Assembly: GCA_041601615.1 (NCBI GenBank)
Contig: JBFIHX010000002.1
Location: forward strand, 160,001-224,000
Origin: Thermoplasmatota archaeon
GTDB taxonomy: Archaea > Thermoplasmatota > E2 > JACPAO01 > JAHFTW01
Length of the DNA stretch: 64,000 bases
Direction: 5' to 3'
The notes beneath the pieces were generated by a model. That model searched no databases. It was not told where the DNA came from and worked only from the letters and a program-made list of their open reading frames with translations. Every line of letters begins with the position of its first letter. The stretch's first letter is position 1. A program made the translations under genes and the position numbers. Positions 40,714 to 49,632 of this stretch are shown one piece after another.

Positions 40714-41276
40714 GGGGATGCCTCCTTGGGTTGGTAGGTGAGGGCGACGACGCCGTTGCTCATGGCCTGGCTCGATGTCAACTCCAGGGCTGCCTTGAGG
40801 CCGTCGCCAAAGAGCCGCCGGCCTTCGCCCAAGACGACCGGGTAGACGAGGAGGCGAAGTTCGTCGACCAGTCCTTCGGCCAGCAGGTCGCGGGCCAATG
40901 TGATGCTGCCGTGGACGACCAGGTCCCCGCCCTTCTGTGCTTTGAGCTCCTCGACTTCCTTGCGCAAGTCACCAGCCAGGAACGTGGCGTTCTCCCAGAT
41001 GTCTTTGGTCCGGGTCGCGCTGACCACGTGCTTTCGCACCGGATTGAAGTAGGTCCCGCCCGACTCCTCCGTCGTCTGCTGAGGCCAAGCCTGGGCGAAT
41101 TGTTCGTATGTTACGCGGCCCAAGAGCAATTCTTGGCCGTGGCGGGTCTCTTCGCCCTTGAACGCAGCAATCTCGTCGTTCCAATAGGGTGCGGTCCACG
41201 CGGGGTTCTCCACGACGCCGTCAAGGGTCGAGAAGAAGGTCGCGACGACGCGTCGGGGTTTCTTGATCTGGGTCAT
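40710..41276 (-). CDS. RibD-C/dihydrofolate-reductase-like protein
   Basis: STLDGVVE, LLLGRVTYE, GLVDELRLLVYPVVLGEGRRLF; ATG at 41276. Confidence 0.88.
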   Translation of the reverse strand: MTQIKKPRRVVATFFSTLDGVVENPAWTAPYWNDEIAAFKGEETRHGQELLLGRVTYEQFAQAWPQQTTEESGGTYFNPVRKHVVSATRTKDIWENATFLAGDLRKEVEELKAQKGGDLVVHGSITLARDLLAEGLVDELRLLVYPVVLGEGRRLFGDGLKAALELTSSQAMSNGVVALTYQPKEASP

Positions 41277-41641
41277 GGGTTCACTTCCGGAGGATGGATT
41301 TCGGCCGCCTCCACTTTTTGCTGGATGTGGTCCAGGACGTCTTCCCACATGACGCGGTAACGCAGGATCCACGAGAACGCGGCCGAGAGGGGTGCCGCTT
41401 CCAGGTTGCAGATGCGGAGCCGGCCGTCCTTCGTCTGCGCCAGGAGGCCCGCGTCCTCCAGGACCCGGAGGTGCTGGCTGATGGCGGGAAGGCTGACGTC
41501 GTGGGGGGCGGCCAGGTCCGATACCGTGCATTCGCCGTGGGCCAGTTGCTCGATGATTGCGCGGCGGATGGGGTGGGCCAAAGCTGCGAAGATGGCATCG
41601 AGGTCAAGAGCTGGCTTTTGGTTAAGCACTAGCTTATGCAT
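41273..41641 (-). CDS. ArsR/SmtB-family regulator
   Basis: FAALAHPIRR, SLPAISQHLRVLEDAGL; start uncertain (41629-41653). Confidence 0.9.
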   Translation of the reverse strand: MHKLVLNQKPALDLDAIFAALAHPIRRAIIEQLAHGECTVSDLAAPHDVSLPAISQHLRVLEDAGLLAQTKDGRLRICNLEAAPLSAAFSWILRYRVMWEDVLDHIQQKVEAAEIHPPEVNP

Positions 41642-41673
41642 TGGCTGCACCATTAGTTAATGGTTTGCTTAAC
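41621..41673. promoter_or_regulatory. nested inverted repeats between divergent genes, probable ArsR operators
   Basis: ACCATTA-GT-TAATGGT (41649-64); TAAGC-ACTA-GCTTA (41623-36); GTTAAGCA (41621-28)/TGCTTAAC (41666-73). Confidence 0.65.
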
Positions 41674-41724
41674 TTTGCCCGCCGAGGTCGGCAAATCAAA
41701 GATACTCGCCGGCCATCGGACTCC

Positions 41725-42384
41725 GTGACCCGAGTCCGCGTCGAATCATTCAGCGTTTCCCAGGATGGGTTCGGAGCCGGCCCCAACCAAAGCATCGATC
41801 AACCCTTGGGAACCGGAGGCGAGCAACTCCATGCGTGGGCGATGCAAACCAAAACATTCCACGAACGCGTGTTGGGGGCGCAAGGTGGAACCGAAGGCAT
41901 TGACGATCGCTTCGCCCAGCGGGGGTTCGACAACATCGGTGCGTGGATTCTGGGTCGCAACATGTTTACCCCCAGCCGAGGCCCCTGGCCCGACGACGAC
42001 TGGAAGGGCTGGTGGGGCGACAATCCACCCTACCGCGCGCCTACCTTCACCCTAACCCACCATGAACGCGACCCGATTGAGATGGAGGGCGGTACCACGT
42101 TCTACTTTGTCACGGGCGGAATCAACGATGCGCTACGATTGGCCACGGAGGCTGCGGGAGCCAAAGATGTCCGCATTGGCGGCGGCCCGAACACCATTCG
42201 CCAATTCTTGGAGGCATCCTTGATTGACGAAATGCACATCGCTGTCGCACAGGTTGAGCTTGGCCGCGGTGAGCCGCTCTGGCCCGGTGAAAGCGCCTTG
42301 ATCCCCGGCTACGATTGCGTCGAAAATACCCAGGGCGAACTTGCGAGGCACCGAATCTTCAAACGGCGCGAGGCCGCCAACTAG
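41725..42384 (+). CDS. RibD-C/dihydrofolate-reductase-like protein
   Basis: SQDGFGAGP, ILGRNMF, WKGWWGDNPPY, GGGPNTIRQFL; GTG at 41725. Confidence 0.88.
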   Translation: MTRVRVESFSVSQDGFGAGPNQSIDQPLGTGGEQLHAWAMQTKTFHERVLGAQGGTEGIDDRFAQRGFDNIGAWILGRNMFTPSRGPWPDDDWKGWWGDNPPYRAPTFTLTHHERDPIEMEGGTTFYFVTGGINDALRLATEAAGAKDVRIGGGPNTIRQFLEASLIDEMHIAVAQVELGRGEPLWPGESALIPGYDCVENTQGELARHRIFKRREAAN

Positions 42385-42474
42385 GCCCGAATTAACATTT
42401 GCAATTCGAAGATTATCACTCGATTTGTTCCTTTTGGAGCCCGAAAGAATTCCACCGATTCAATGGAAATTCTC

Positions 42475-43200
42475 TCAGCGAACCTTGTAGTACGTCGCGT
42501 TGAGCTTCGACTCGTAGCGAGGCTTGTGGCGGGTCAGGAACCAGTAGGCCAGCCAGGTAACGGCAAGACTCTGCCAGAGCGTGATGATGCCGAGCCAGTT
42601 GATCAATTCCGAGGGGCTCGGAGTTACACCACTTTCGCTGAGCCAGTGGAAGACACCCTTCAGGGGCTGCACTTCGTAGGCGTAGATCACGTCGGCGATT
42701 CCGACCATGCTCATCCACCAGATGAACGCCAGTCCGAAGACACCCCATGCCGCGGGAGTGGCGTCCTCGACGGGACGCTTGGTTTTGCCGCGTCCAGCGA
42801 AGAACGGGATCACCATGAGCACCACGAAGGCGACGTTGACGAGGATGGTTCCGAGGAACTTGGTGTCGACCAAGGGGTCGGGGCCCCAGGGCAGGGGGTT
42901 GCCGATGGGCCACTTTGCCAAGAAGATCGGACCGAGCGACCACAGCAGGTACCAGTCCGGTTTGACGAACGTGGGCGGCTTGGTCATGTCGTAGGCCGCG
43001 TGCAGGGGCGGGCCCGCGACGGCAATCATCAGGAAGATGACGCCCATCATGAACGCGATGATGGCGCCGTCACGAACGAGTTCGTCCATGAGCGGGATGC
43101 CTTCGATGGCCTTCTGTTTCTTGGGAGGTCCGCGCTGGGCTTCCAGCTTCTCCTTGGCTTCGATGTAGAGGTTGGTGAGTTCGCCGATTTTCATCATCAC
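42475..43200 (-). CDS. cytochrome b C-terminal subunit (subunit IV/PetD-like)
   Basis: KPDWY Qo-site motif followed by TM helices; directly downstream of the cyt b N-terminal gene. Confidence 0.85.
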   Translation of the reverse strand: MMMKIGELTNLYIEAKEKLEAQRGPPKKQKAIEGIPLMDELVRDGAIIAFMMGVIFLMIAVAGPPLHAAYDMTKPPTFVKPDWYLLWSLGPIFLAKWPIGNPLPWGPDPLVDTKFLGTILVNVAFVVLMVIPFFAGRGKTKRPVEDATPAAWGVFGLAFIWWMSMVGIADVIYAYEVQPLKGVFHWLSESGVTPSPSELINWLGIITLWQSLAVTWLAYWFLTRHKPRYESKLNATYYKVR

Positions 43201-43207
43201 ACCTCGA

Positions 43208-44011
43208 TCAGTGGGGTTCCGCCATCCCTTGCAGCCACACGATGAACATATGCAGCACCATGAGTCCGAACAGAATGAACGGCAGGACCCAGACGTGCAG
43301 GACGTACATGCGCGGAATCAGGCCCGCGTTGATGTCTGTGCCACTGAACATCAGCTTGGATAGTGTCTCTCCGAGCAGCGGGATGCTGCCGAACATATTC
43401 TGGCCAATGGTCGCAGCTGCGATGGCCAATTGGTCGGCGGGCAGGAGGTAGCCGGAGTAGGCAAAGAAGAACGTGATGCCGAGCAGGGCAACACCGAGCA
43501 CCCAGTTGAGTTCGCGGGGCTTCTTGTAGGCGCCCACGAAGTAGACGCGCATCATGTGCAGGAACACGCAGGCGACCATCAAGTGGGCGCCCCAGTGGTG
43601 CACGCCACGCAGCACGTACCCGAGGGTGACATCGTTCATGATGAAATCCACGGAGTCACGCGCCGTGAACACTTCCTGTGGCTCGTAGTGGGGAATGTAG
43701 TACAGCGCCAAGATGACGCCGCTGATGGTCAGAATCAGGAACGAAACGAAGGCCAAACCGCCCAGACAGTACAGGGGATACCAGTACCAGATGGTGCGAA
43801 GCTTGTAGCGCTCGGTGTGGCTGCGGGGCAGCTCACGGTTGATGCTGAGGCTTGCGCGCTTGGCGGCTTCGATGTGGTTGCGAATCCGAATGGAGTCGTC
43901 CAGGTACGCCAGCATCATCAGGTAGAAGCGGGCGAGGAACCCGAGCTTCTTCTGCTTGGCAAGCTCCTCGTAGGCGCGTTTGCCTTGCTTGTGGGCTCGT
44001 TCTTCGCTCAT
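43208..44011 (-). CDS. petB: cytochrome b N-terminal subunit (cytochrome b6-like)
   Basis: YCLGG, LRGVHHWGAH, FLHMMRV…YKKPRELNW, SGYLLP, YVLHVWVLP…LH: four heme b His. Confidence 0.92.
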   Translation of the reverse strand: MSEERAHKQGKRAYEELAKQKKLGFLARFYLMMLAYLDDSIRIRNHIEAAKRASLSINRELPRSHTERYKLRTIWYWYPLYCLGGLAFVSFLILTISGVILALYYIPHYEPQEVFTARDSVDFIMNDVTLGYVLRGVHHWGAHLMVACVFLHMMRVYFVGAYKKPRELNWVLGVALLGITFFFAYSGYLLPADQLAIAAATIGQNMFGSIPLLGETLSKLMFSGTDINAGLIPRMYVLHVWVLPFILFGLMVLHMFIVWLQGMAEPH

Positions 44012-44814
44012 GCGGACCATCCAGGATTGCGGATTTGGAAGGAGGTGCCCGAGGGAGCAGTGGCGCTGGCGCCGTTTGCTTCCAGGGGCCCGTTTTGAAT
44101 GTGCTTGACTTCGCCGTGCACCACTTCGGTGAATGCGGTGCCGGTGGTTTCGTCGTTCCAGCCCTTGACGTCAAATTCGATGACGTTGAGGGGGGCGGGC
44201 GGCGGTGTGCCTGGGACGTTCAGCGCGAGGTTGTAGATGTCGTACTGGCCCTGGTGGCAGGGGCAGAGGACTCGACCATCATTGAAGCCGTCTTCGTCGT
44301 AGTCGGGGACATCCAGCGATCCGCCGAGGTCGCCGTTCCATCCAATGGTGCAGCCAAGGTGCTTGCACTTGCCGTCGTAGACTACGATGGCGTGCTCGGG
44401 TTCCGTGGGGTGCTGAATGGCGAATTGCGCGGTGTTGTAGCCGCGCTTCTTGGTGGATGCTTCCAGGGTTGCGCGCTTGACTTTGTACACAACGGCGGGC
44501 AGGAAGTTCCATTCCGCTGTGATGACCACGGGGGGGTCACCGGCGAGGTCGCCGAGCGTGATGGGGATCTTCGCGTTTGTTTGCGGATCGCGGCGCACCA
44601 CGGGGCCAGGACCGACGCCACCCAAGGCATCGGGGGCAATGGCCGGCAGAAGTTGGGCCATGGTTCCGGGGAGGATGGCGCCGACGACGGCGAGGCGCAC
44701 GGTGTTGCGGATGAATTCGCGGCGCGACAGGAGGCTGGGCGCGGCTTCTTCCTTCTCGGGGCGTTGGTCTTCGCGGCCTGCGTATGCGTCGTAGGCTCGG
44801 TTTGCGCGGTTCAT
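44008..44814 (-). CDS. Rieske [2Fe-2S] subunit
   Basis: Tat-like SRREFI, boxes CKHLGC and CPCHQG, PPPAPL; ATG at 44814. Confidence 0.92.
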   Translation of the reverse strand: MNRANRAYDAYAGREDQRPEKEEAAPSLLSRREFIRNTVRLAVVGAILPGTMAQLLPAIAPDALGGVGPGPVVRRDPQTNAKIPITLGDLAGDPPVVITAEWNFLPAVVYKVKRATLEASTKKRGYNTAQFAIQHPTEPEHAIVVYDGKCKHLGCTIGWNGDLGGSLDVPDYDEDGFNDGRVLCPCHQGQYDIYNLALNVPGTPPPAPLNVIEFDVKGWNDETTGTAFTEVVHGEVKHIQNGPLEANGASATAPSGTSFQIRNPGWSA

Positions 44815-45185
44815 TAGAGTTGCACCCCCTCGTCTTCCCACTTCCTGAAGCGGCGCTTGGCTATGGTGACGTGGTCCATGAAGAAGCGCTGGTACAGGAA
44901 GACGATGAAGGAGAGATTGAAGAAAATGCCCGCAAGCCACAGACTGATGACTTGTTGCTCGGACTTCAGGACGGAGCCCATGAAGGACGCCTTGATGGCG
45001 GGGTCCATTTCACTGGCTAGGTTTGCGCCTTTGAAGATGGCGTCGAAGACCAGGAACATCAGCACGAACTCGATGAGTGTCAGTGCTACGATGCACAAGC
45101 CGATGAACGCCGGCCGTTCGGCAGGAGTGGTCCGGATGGTATCTCCGGGCGTCTTGTTGGTCTGAATCTCAAGGCCCATGGTCAC
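44814..45185 (-). CDS. small two-TM protein in the Rieske/cyt b operon
   Basis: Overlaps both neighbours; two hydrophobic helices. Confidence 0.7.
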   Translation of the reverse strand: MTMGLEIQTNKTPGDTIRTTPAERPAFIGLCIVALTLIEFVLMFLVFDAIFKGANLASEMDPAIKASFMGSVLKSEQQVISLWLAGIFFNLSFIVFLYQRFFMDHVTIAKRRFRKWEDEGVQL

Positions 45186-45931
45186 CGGTCCTTTTGGTCC
45201 GTGTTGTGGGGGTTGACGAACTTGAGGTAGACGAAGGAGAACATGATGACGAGAATCATGCTCGCGAGGGCCACCAAGCCGAGCCAGTATTGGGGCAGAG
45301 CCAGTCCGTAGTGTTGTTCGTGCTCCTCGGGGGCGGCGCCAAGTTGGGCGCCGTGGTCATCGGTGAGCGCGAAGAAGGAGCGGTAGACGTTGTCGCCTTC
45401 GTCGGGCGAGAAGCTGCCGTCCACGTCGTTGACGAGGAGTTGGAAGGCGATGGCGCCCTCGGCAGGGGCGGTCCAGGTGAAGGTCCAGGAGGTCTGGGTT
45501 GCGTCCGTGTGGCTGACTTCCTTGTCGCCGCCTGTCACTTGCACGCCGGAGCCTTCAGCGGCCTCGAACTTGCCCTCGGAGGCGGACATGTAGAAGCCGG
45601 CGTGGTTGGCCGCTTCGGGGTTGATTTCGTCCATCAGGGTGATGGTGAATGTGTAGACGGCGTCGTGTTCGTAGACGCTGCCGGTCAGGTCGTTGCCCTC
45701 GGCGTCCGTCAGGGTCCACGAGACCTTGTTTTCGGTGGCCGCGAAGCTGTGTTCGCCGTGGCAAGAGGTGCAGCCGGATTCGTTGAAGTCCGTGGGCCAC
45801 GCGGGGTTTTCGGAGTTCATGCCGTTGCTGCTGCCAAAGACACTGGGTGCGTACGCAAAGAGCAGTGCCAGGACGACAAGCGCCACAGGAGTGGCCTTTT
45901 GAAGGACCCTGGCCCCCGACAGACGGTTCAC
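45182..45931 (-). CDS. membrane-anchored Reeler-like protein with a CxxCH heme-c motif
   Basis: Signal peptide, GCTSCHG, beta-rich domain (SWTFTWTAP), C-terminal TM; probable GTG start at 45931. Confidence 0.7.
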   Translation of the reverse strand: MNRLSGARVLQKATPVALVVLALLFAYAPSVFGSSNGMNSENPAWPTDFNESGCTSCHGEHSFAATENKVSWTLTDAEGNDLTGSVYEHDAVYTFTITLMDEINPEAANHAGFYMSASEGKFEAAEGSGVQVTGGDKEVSHTDATQTSWTFTWTAPAEGAIAFQLLVNDVDGSFSPDEGDNVYRSFFALTDDHGAQLGAAPEEHEQHYGLALPQYWLGLVALASMILVIMFSFVYLKFVNPHNTDQKDR

Positions 45932-45952
45932 AGGCGCGCCAAGAAGGGGTGT

Positions 45953-45960
45953 GATATAAC
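45953..45960 (-). promoter_or_regulatory. candidate TATA box of the cytochrome operon
   Basis: TTATAT about 25 nt upstream of GTG 45931, consistent with a leaderless archaeal transcript. Confidence 0.45.
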
Positions 45961-46187
45961 CGGTGCGGGGGAGTGTTCTCGGAGAGCATGGGTCCCTGGC
46001 GGCGGCTTCGGTGGGTGCTGTGGGCGATATCAGTCCATCCTTGGGGCGTGGGTGCGTCGATCGGGGGGTGCAGGGGCCGGGATTTTTCGCCAGGATTTGA
46101 CCATGTGAATTCACGCCGAAATCCGCCAGCCATCGGAGCTCTCAGGAGGGGCGCCGAAATCCACCTAACGTGAAAATGGCGTGAATT

Positions 46188-47633
46188 TCACGCAGGTGGC
46201 ACTTGGGCGAGGGCGTCCCGCAAGAGTTTTCCTTTCAGGGCGCCGCTGAGTTCGGCAAAAAACGCGCAGTGGCTGATTTCTTTGGGCCACTGCTTGCGGA
46301 GTCGTAGGCGCGAGCGTTCGATGCTTCGCCAGTACGCATACACCGAGAGCACGAGGAATGCGCCGGCGTAGCCAAAGTGTCGCTTGACCATGCCTGGAGC
46401 TTGAGAGCGCCCCATGAATGCGCCATGGCGCATGAACAACGATTCACATGCCCACCTCCGAGCATAAATGTAGCAAAACCAGTGGGCATTGGCGCGAGTG
46501 ACAGGAAGATTGCTGTAGAATGCAATCCCCCGAATCGGAATCTCAGCGTCGCCAGGCGTGACGACTGCCACGGACATCTCACTGGCAATGTCCGAGCGAA
46601 ATTCGTTGCGGCTGTAAACGAAGCCCAGCATGTGCTGCTTCTTCGGGTCGTTCTCACTCGTGTAGGCTTGTTCGGAGAAGTACAGCAATTCATGGGCTTC
46701 CGGCAAGACCTTGGCGTCGCCATTGGCCCAAGCTTCGCGCATGGCGAGTACGACTTTCGCGTAGCGCTTCTGGGGCCCGATGATGTAGACGCCGCGCGGA
46801 TCTGCGTAATCACGCAAAAGTGCCAAGCGATCGTAGGCGCCAGTGAATTCCTTGTCCAGTAGGATGACCGAGGGATCTCGGTAGAGGCCGTCCAGTGCTT
46901 CGACGAGGAGCATCATCTGCTTCTCCTGGGTCGTGTTGCGGTGAATAACGGCCAAAGGGAAGCATTCGCCAGTCACTGCATGGTGGATGGTGAGGTGCAA
47001 CCATTCGTGCGCCCGCCACGTGCCCTTCCACTCCTGGATGGATTTGTTGGCAATCTTGTCGCCGATTTCCGTCTTCTTAGACTTCACGCCTGGGCATGTC
47101 ATACGCCCGCCCAGGCTCAAGCGATGAACGTAATCCTCTTCGATGTTGGATTGGTTGCTGCCGACTCCATAGAAGGGGCGCTTGCGGCCATCAATCGTCG
47201 CAAAGAGATCCTTGGATTGCCACTTCCGGTGCTTGATGGCATGGTTGGCGATTGCGAGCATGGGGGCGTGCAGTTGCCGGGCTACCTGGGTTGTGAGCTC
47301 AATCTCCGCTTCATAGCGCTCCTGCGGAGCAATTCCTTCGGGCGCCTCGGGCAGGATTTCGCTTCGAAGGACACTGGACAACGACGGAGTGATTCGGCGC
47401 GCCTGGGGCCAGTTAGCGTTCAATTGTTGCACCATTTGCCTGAGCTCTCGGTCGAGGGCCTGGTTGCTTCCGTACGGGTTGCCATTGGCCGTGATCCAGG
47501 TCATGATCCACGTGGCGGCATTTTCCTGTGCCGAGTAGTCGCGCGATTCTTTGAACCACGGCAACAACACCGTCAAGACGGCCTCCAAGGGCTTGCCCTT
47601 ATGGAGATACACGGCTGCGCCGTCGATGTTCAC
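46188..47633 (-). CDS. divergent DDE transposase (IS4 superfamily, ISH3-like)
   Basis: ATIDGRKRPFYG (D1), VILLDKEF (D2), YARRWACESLF (Y..RW..E). Confidence 0.7.
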   Translation of the reverse strand: MNIDGAAVYLHKGKPLEAVLTVLLPWFKESRDYSAQENAATWIMTWITANGNPYGSNQALDRELRQMVQQLNANWPQARRITPSLSSVLRSEILPEAPEGIAPQERYEAEIELTTQVARQLHAPMLAIANHAIKHRKWQSKDLFATIDGRKRPFYGVGSNQSNIEEDYVHRLSLGGRMTCPGVKSKKTEIGDKIANKSIQEWKGTWRAHEWLHLTIHHAVTGECFPLAVIHRNTTQEKQMMLLVEALDGLYRDPSVILLDKEFTGAYDRLALLRDYADPRGVYIIGPQKRYAKVVLAMREAWANGDAKVLPEAHELLYFSEQAYTSENDPKKQHMLGFVYSRNEFRSDIASEMSVAVVTPGDAEIPIRGIAFYSNLPVTRANAHWFCYIYARRWACESLFMRHGAFMGRSQAPGMVKRHFGYAGAFLVLSVYAYWRSIERSRLRLRKQWPKEISHCAFFAELSGALKGKLLRDALAQVPPA

Positions 47634-48718
47634 AGATCCTCCACGAGTTGGAAACCCGCCTTTGTGACATCACTGGCATTGCCCGTTGTGAGGTTGATTC
47701 GGGGAACCTCGACGTCAGTCTCCACGAGCTTGTATTTCTTGCCGTCAATCGTCGCGCCGTTCCTCCTCCGGCCGCACTTGAATTGCCTCAAGTGGCCCAT
47801 CACGGCCGGGGACGCATCGTGTGCTGCGGTGTTCTCGTCCTTCCAGAATTCGAAGATGTCTGTATAGGTGCGGGCGTCGTCCCGCATGAACTTCAACACA
47901 CCCTCGCGCTTGCTGTTGGGGAGAATTTCCTTGGCTGCGCGTGGGGCCTTTTCGGACTTCAGGAGGTCCTTGCACGTCGTATACCATAGTAGGGCGGTGG
48001 GGGATCCAGTAACGGCCCCGGTCGTCGGGTTGAGCGTCATGGATTCGACGTTGCAGAGTGTCGGCGGGGCGGGCAAGGACATCATGGCCTCGGCCAAATC
48101 GATGTCCGCTATGGCCTCATTTGCCTGAGGTGCGACGCTGATGCGGGTCGGGCCTGTGCTGGCGGCCTTGGACCCCACCACGGCGATTTCTTCCGGAGTC
48201 GCCTCGCGAGGGGCAGGGATGAAAATTGGTTGCTTGGTCGGCTGTAGTTGCGTTACCGGGCCGCCAATGACGCGGATACAATCCTTGAGTTGGGGGTGAT
48301 TCATGTGGGCCCAGAGGCGAGCCGCAAGGAGGGGACGGTTGAGGTGGTGATCGTTGCCCGTGCACGCACGATCATCTGTTGTGAACCGGCAGTTCTTCGG
48401 GTGGACGCGCACCAGGCTCTCGGTTTGGTGGTGCCATTCGACGATGGCATGGAAACACCCCATGTTGTTCGTCACAATGACTCCGTTCACGAGGAACTTG
48501 GCAGCGACGCGCACGCCCTTCAGGAAGCCCTTCTTCGTGCATTGATCAGGATTGTACGCCTGGAGGACGCTAGTGCTCTCGAGTTCAACGGCCTTGATTT
48601 CGTCGCCGGCGGCGACGGCGAACGTGAACACCTTACCGCCCTCTGCATGGTCGTGGTGGGGCTCTAAGTCGGCGATACCGGCGAGTCGCCTGAGACGGGA
48701 TTCCTCGCTCATGTGCAT
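47630..48718 (-). CDS. hypothetical protein translationally coupled to the transposase
   Basis: 362-aa ORF whose TGA overlaps the transposase GTG (GTGA); Cys/His-rich N-terminal half; no recognisable family. Confidence 0.6.
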   Translation of the reverse strand: MHMSEESRLRRLAGIADLEPHHDHAEGGKVFTFAVAAGDEIKAVELESTSVLQAYNPDQCTKKGFLKGVRVAAKFLVNGVIVTNNMGCFHAIVEWHHQTESLVRVHPKNCRFTTDDRACTGNDHHLNRPLLAARLWAHMNHPQLKDCIRVIGGPVTQLQPTKQPIFIPAPREATPEEIAVVGSKAASTGPTRISVAPQANEAIADIDLAEAMMSLPAPPTLCNVESMTLNPTTGAVTGSPTALLWYTTCKDLLKSEKAPRAAKEILPNSKREGVLKFMRDDARTYTDIFEFWKDENTAAHDASPAVMGHLRQFKCGRRRNGATIDGKKYKLVETDVEVPRINLTTGNASDVTKAGFQLVEDL

Positions 48719-49427
48719 ACCTCAGGGCCAGCATGAACGACGATGACGGCGACAGCAAGGCAAGAAACCAACTCTGATGTCACCAAATACCGTGAATCCG
48801 TTCCAATGAGACGGGGCGGCGTAATAGCGGGGGGGACGACGGCTCCCGTCGCCCACGAGACAAACAGGGTTTGGGCAATCCAAGTCCCTGCAAGCAAGTG
48901 AATGATCACCACCATTACAACGTCATCTGGGGAATCCCCATCAACGTCTTGGTTAGGCGGATCGGCTGGTTCTAGTGGGCTTGCCTGAATCAGTGCACCC
49001 GTGCGGGCCGCGTCATAGGTGGCGCGGCCCTCCGGGGTTGCGGAGTCTGTGTTCATGTTTTCGTTCCATGCACATCGACTTGGTCGGCTCAGCGGCAAAC
49101 TGAGTCGACCCCACCCCCCGGGAGCGAGATCGAAGACTCGGCGATGTGCAGAACCTTGACGGTCAGCATCACTACTAGAATGCTGCTACCACACCCCGAA
49201 ATTGCTCCGAATTTCGGTTTCTCGCGAAACTGGTATTAATGACCACCGTCGAGCAAACCGCAATTGCTGCCGAGCAAAACCCTGGCACGGACAGCAGGTT
49301 TCCGCAGCTTCTGCAGAGGCCCCCCTCTCCCCTCCCTAAGTGTAGGGCGCCATTAGCCCCCCATATTGGGGAATCCACACACAGTATCATTGGCAACCTG
49401 CAAATCCCCCATCAGATGGCAGATGCC

Positions 49428-49586
49428 ATGACAACCAAACCCCGCCTCATCGACGGCCAAAACCGCGTCGCCCTCCCACGTGAGGTCCTTGACGCACTCG
49501 GCGTTGAACGCGGGGATCACGTGGCCTTTGAGGTTAGTGGAAACCGAGTCCGATTACTTCGTGCTACCTGGAGGACCGAACCCTAA
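49428..49586 (+). CDS. AbrB/MazE/SpoVT-type DNA-binding protein
   Basis: IDGQNRVALPREVLDALGVERGDHVAFEV. Confidence 0.8.
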   Translation: MTTKPRLIDGQNRVALPREVLDALGVERGDHVAFEVSGNRVRLLRATWRTEP

Positions 49587-49632
49587 CAATTATGGGTGCC
49601 GCAATCTTCCCAAACAGAGCGACTGCCTTCAA

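Noticed and set aside
48709-49098. 129-aa minus-strand ORF upstream of the transposase operon
   Set aside because: No recognisable motifs, and it overlaps palindromic boxes and hairpins; not supportable as a CDS.
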